From an uncultured Gammaproteobacteria bacterium (lineage in GTDB: Bacteria > Patescibacteriota > Patescibacteriia > UBA11705 > JABHMO01), in the NCBI GenBank assembly GCA_964584985.1, contig CAZPBK010000001.1, positions 60,742-124,741 on the forward strand: a DNA stretch of 64,000 bases. Direction: 5' to 3'. Shown here in pieces: positions 61,717-64,000 of the stretch (positions are counted from its first letter, which is position 1; every line of letters begins with the position of its first letter). A program made the translations under genes and the position numbers. Below the pieces are notes generated by a model. It was given only the letters and a program-made list of their open reading frames with translations, ran no database searches and was not told the origin of the DNA.

Positions 61717-63410
61717 ATAAGCTTTTGCTTTTTCAAATACTCCAAATCAAAAATATGTTTCTCTCTTTCATGTTTATATTTATCCATATTTAACTTGTTT
61801 TTCTTTATTAAATCAACCATAAATCTCCTACCCAGATACGGAGGCATAATCACATATGTGGCTCCGGCCTTATACATTTTATCGGCCTCACCCGTTTGAT
61901 TAGCCACGCATAAAAATTTAATGCGACTATTACGTTTTTTAACTTTTTTTAACAAATCAACATTAACATCAGCATCCGGAACCGTAGAAATAATCAATTT
62001 TGTCCCAACCATTGGCAAATCTTCAATGAGTTCAGGATCATCGGCCGAACCGTAAACACAATCAACTCCCCGATTAATCAATGACTCAATGACTCTGGGA
62101 TCATGATCCACAATCAAGAAATCCACTTTCATTTTTTTGAATTGTGAAATTAAACCGCCCCCTAAACGATGAGCTCCGAATAAAATAACTTCAAATCTTT
62201 TCTTAGAAAGCTTTTTTTCTCTGCGTCTATGGCGATCGGGAAAAATTTTGGACAAAGGCTTTTTAAACTTTTTTAAAAGCTGGTGATTGTAAGTTATATA
62301 GTAAGTTGAAACCCCGATGGTAATGATACTGACAATGGTCGCCGGTCCTAAAATATATTCCGGCAAATGACCAAAGCCAATTCCTATTCCCATCACAATA
62401 AGGGAAAACTCACTAATCTGGGAGACGGTTAATCCGGCGAAAAAACTGGTTCTAAGAGTATATCGCAACCAACGCATTACCAAAATCATTATTATCGGAT
62501 TTCCTATCAAGATAAACAAAGAAAAAGCAATAATAAACCCAAGGGAATCCTGAACTTGAGATAAATGCACATTGGCTCCCAAAACAACGAAAAAAATTAT
62601 CAAAAAGAAATCCCTGAGAGACTGAATCCTGGAAGCAATTTCTCTTTGATAGGGAGAAACCGAAAGAATAATTCCGGCCACCAGAGCGCCCAATTCCATG
62701 GAAAAATCAAGCTTGTAAAAAACCGAAGCCATAACAAAACAAACGCCCAGACCGAAAATGAACAACATTTCTTTATTATCGGCAAAAATACGATCAACAT
62801 GAGGAACCACAAATTTCAATAATAAATAGATTCCCAAAACAGTTAAGGCCATTTTCCCGGTAAGTATGAACAAAGAAGAAGCTACTTGTCCTTCACTAAC
62901 ATTGGAAAAAGCCGACAATCCTATCAAAAAAAGCATCGCCACCACATCCTGCACCAATAAAAACCCAATGGTTATTTTGCCGTACAAGGTGTCTTGCTCT
63001 TTTTTATCATACAATATACGCAAAATTATAATCGTGCTACTTAAGGCAAAAGCCAAGGAAACATAAAAAGAAACAAGCGGTGCAAAGCCCATAATTCTGG
63101 AAATGGCATATCCGCCGATAGTGGTAAAAATTATTTGAGCCAAACCGGTTATGGTCGCCACTTTTCCCACATCCTTAATCACACTGGGACGCAATCCAAG
63201 ACCGACTATAAACAAAAGCAAAGCAATCCCAATATGAGAAAACGACTCCAGCAAGCCTTCATGAGGAATAATGCCGGTAACCGACGGTCCGACAATTATT
63301 CCGGTAATGATATAGCCAATAACCAAAGGTTGCCTGAGCAACTTCATGATCACCGAAATAATCAAAGCTATTCCCAAAGTAGCTCCCAGTTGTATAAAGA
63401 CATCTGTCAT
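61713..63410 (-). CDS. Monovalent cation:proton antiporter-2 (CPA2, KefB/KefC-like) with C-terminal RCK/TrkA-N domain
   Basis: ~12 TM helices over residues 1-380. Then a Rossmann-type RCK domain: EVILFGAHRLGGGLISQFKKMKVDFLIVDHDP. Confidence 0.7.
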   Translation of the reverse strand: MTDVFIQLGATLGIALIISVIMKLLRQPLVIGYIITGIIVGPSVTGIIPHEGLLESFSHIGIALLLFIVGLGLRPSVIKDVGKVATITGLAQIIFTTIGGYAISRIMGFAPLVSFYVSLAFALSSTIIILRILYDKKEQDTLYGKITIGFLLVQDVVAMLFLIGLSAFSNVSEGQVASSLFILTGKMALTVLGIYLLLKFVVPHVDRIFADNKEMLFIFGLGVCFVMASVFYKLDFSMELGALVAGIILSVSPYQREIASRIQSLRDFFLIIFFVVLGANVHLSQVQDSLGFIIAFSLFILIGNPIIMILVMRWLRYTLRTSFFAGLTVSQISEFSLIVMGIGIGFGHLPEYILGPATIVSIITIGVSTYYITYNHQLLKKFKKPLSKIFPDRHRRREKKLSKKRFEVILFGAHRLGGGLISQFKKMKVDFLIVDHDPRVIESLINRGVDCVYGSADDPELIEDLPMVGTKLIISTVPDADVNVDLLKKVKKRNSRIKFLCVANQTGEADKMYKAGATYVIMPPYLGRRFMVDLIKKNKLNMDKYKHEREKHIFDLEYLKKQKLI

Positions 63411-63527
63411 TTATTTTGATTTTATTTTTGTTTTCTACTTTTTGTTATCTTGTCCAAAAAGCACTCTAACATACCATTCATTCCTAATCCACATTAATTA
63501 AATCATTATCTTTAAACAATTATGATT

Positions 63528-64000
63528 TTATTCACTTTTGTTCAAGACAATTACCTGGGTCGGATAAGCAAATTCAATTTTTTCTTTTTCAAATTCTTTA
63601 AATATAGCTAAATTGATTTCTTGTTTTTTCTCCATATAATCAGCATAATCATCCGAATTAACCAGGTAAACCAGCTCAAAATTTAAACTAAAGTCACCAA
63701 AAGATTCAAAATGACAACGATCAAAATCCACGCCCTTAATATCTTTTATAATTCTTTTGGTTATGCTCGGTATGGCCTTTAATTTGGTCTGGCTTGTTTC
63801 ATAAATAACGCCCAAATTAACTACCACACGCCGCTGTTCCAACCGTTTGAAGTTTTGGACTCGCGCCGTAGTTAATTCTTTGTTGGAAATAACCAGCTCC
63901 TCACCTTGCAAAGTCCTTATTCTGGTAGTTTTCAAGCCAATCCTTTCCACTGTGCCGGAATCACCGCCAACAGCAATAAAATCTCCAATTTCAAAAGGTT
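63528..64000 (-). CDS. Mechanosensitive channel MscS-family protein, C-terminal part; gene continues beyond the window end
   Basis: Minus-strand translation of 63951..64000 continues the frame: ...PFEIGDFIAVGGDSGTVERIGLKTTRIRTLQGEELVISN. This is the MscS signature GD.I..G..G.V..I....T.IRT.DG..V.IPN. The M at 63950 in the ORF track is really a GTG. Confidence 0.6.
   Translation of the reverse strand, partial: PFEIGDFIAVGGDSGTVERIGLKTTRIRTLQGEELVISNKELTTARVQNFKRLEQRRVVVNLGVIYETSQTKLKAIPSITKRIIKDIKGVDFDRCHFESFGDFSLNFELVYLVNSDDYADYMEKKQEINLAIFKEFEKEKIEFAYPTQVIVLNKSE

Noticed and set aside
1-64000. CRISPR arrays, transposases, integrases, phage structural or terminase genes
   Set aside because: No regularly spaced direct repeats were seen on visual scanning. 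No DDE, tyrosine- or serine-recombinase motifs were recognised, and there are no capsid/terminase-like ORFs. The only repeats found are the short redoxin-flanking pair and tRNA-associated hairpins.

Overview
This 64 kb window comes from a low-GC (roughly 30-35% by eye) bacterial genome with dense, mostly minus-strand gene arrays. Native genes have little or no Shine-Dalgarno (SD) sequence, and several tRNAs carry a genomically encoded CCA. The style is consistent with a Patescibacteria/CPR-like or other small-genome Gram-positive-like organism; that assignment is inference only.

Readily recognisable housekeeping genes:
- clpB with an upstream CIRCE-like operator
- the def-fmt pair, queA, hisS preceded by tRNA-His with encoded G-1
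- rpmG preceded by tRNA-Thr(UGU), and tRNA-Trp(CCA)
- mtnP-apt, a CPA2 antiporter, and a partial MscS gene running off the window end

Most of the window is given over to cell-envelope glycan biosynthesis. Locus 1 runs ~26.2-43.5 kb and locus 2 ~46.4-56.6 kb.

The most striking content is a co-directional block in locus 1 that encodes a complete PAPS sulfate-activation pathway: cysD, a cysN-cysC fusion, and a cysQ-type PAP phosphatase. Next to these sit a PAPS-type sulfotransferase and a Wzx flippase. The same block carries UDP-glucose dehydrogenase plus a UDP-xylose synthase, several GT2/GT1 enzymes, and a B12-binding radical-SAM enzyme. It also carries two methyltransferases and two alkaline-phosphatase-superfamily (sulfatase-like) proteins. 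Together this looks like a candidate sulfated GlcA/Xyl-containing surface glycan system.

Other notable observations:
- a PriA homologue that has lost its ATPase motifs
- a TagA-family transferase fused to a NUDIX domain
- three dispersed AmmeMemoRadiSam components
- a stand-alone LigD phosphoesterase domain
- a frameshifted pcm gene
- a GC-rich (~45-60%) segment at 56.6-59.2 kb, plus two other plus-strand singleton genes, that carry canonical AGGAGG SDs; these look foreign or may include a structured RNA
- direct repeats flanking a redoxin gene, next to a perfect 24-bp GC palindrome

No CRISPR array, transposase, integrase or phage structural genes were recognised. All calls are from reading the sequence and ORF translations; no database search was run.
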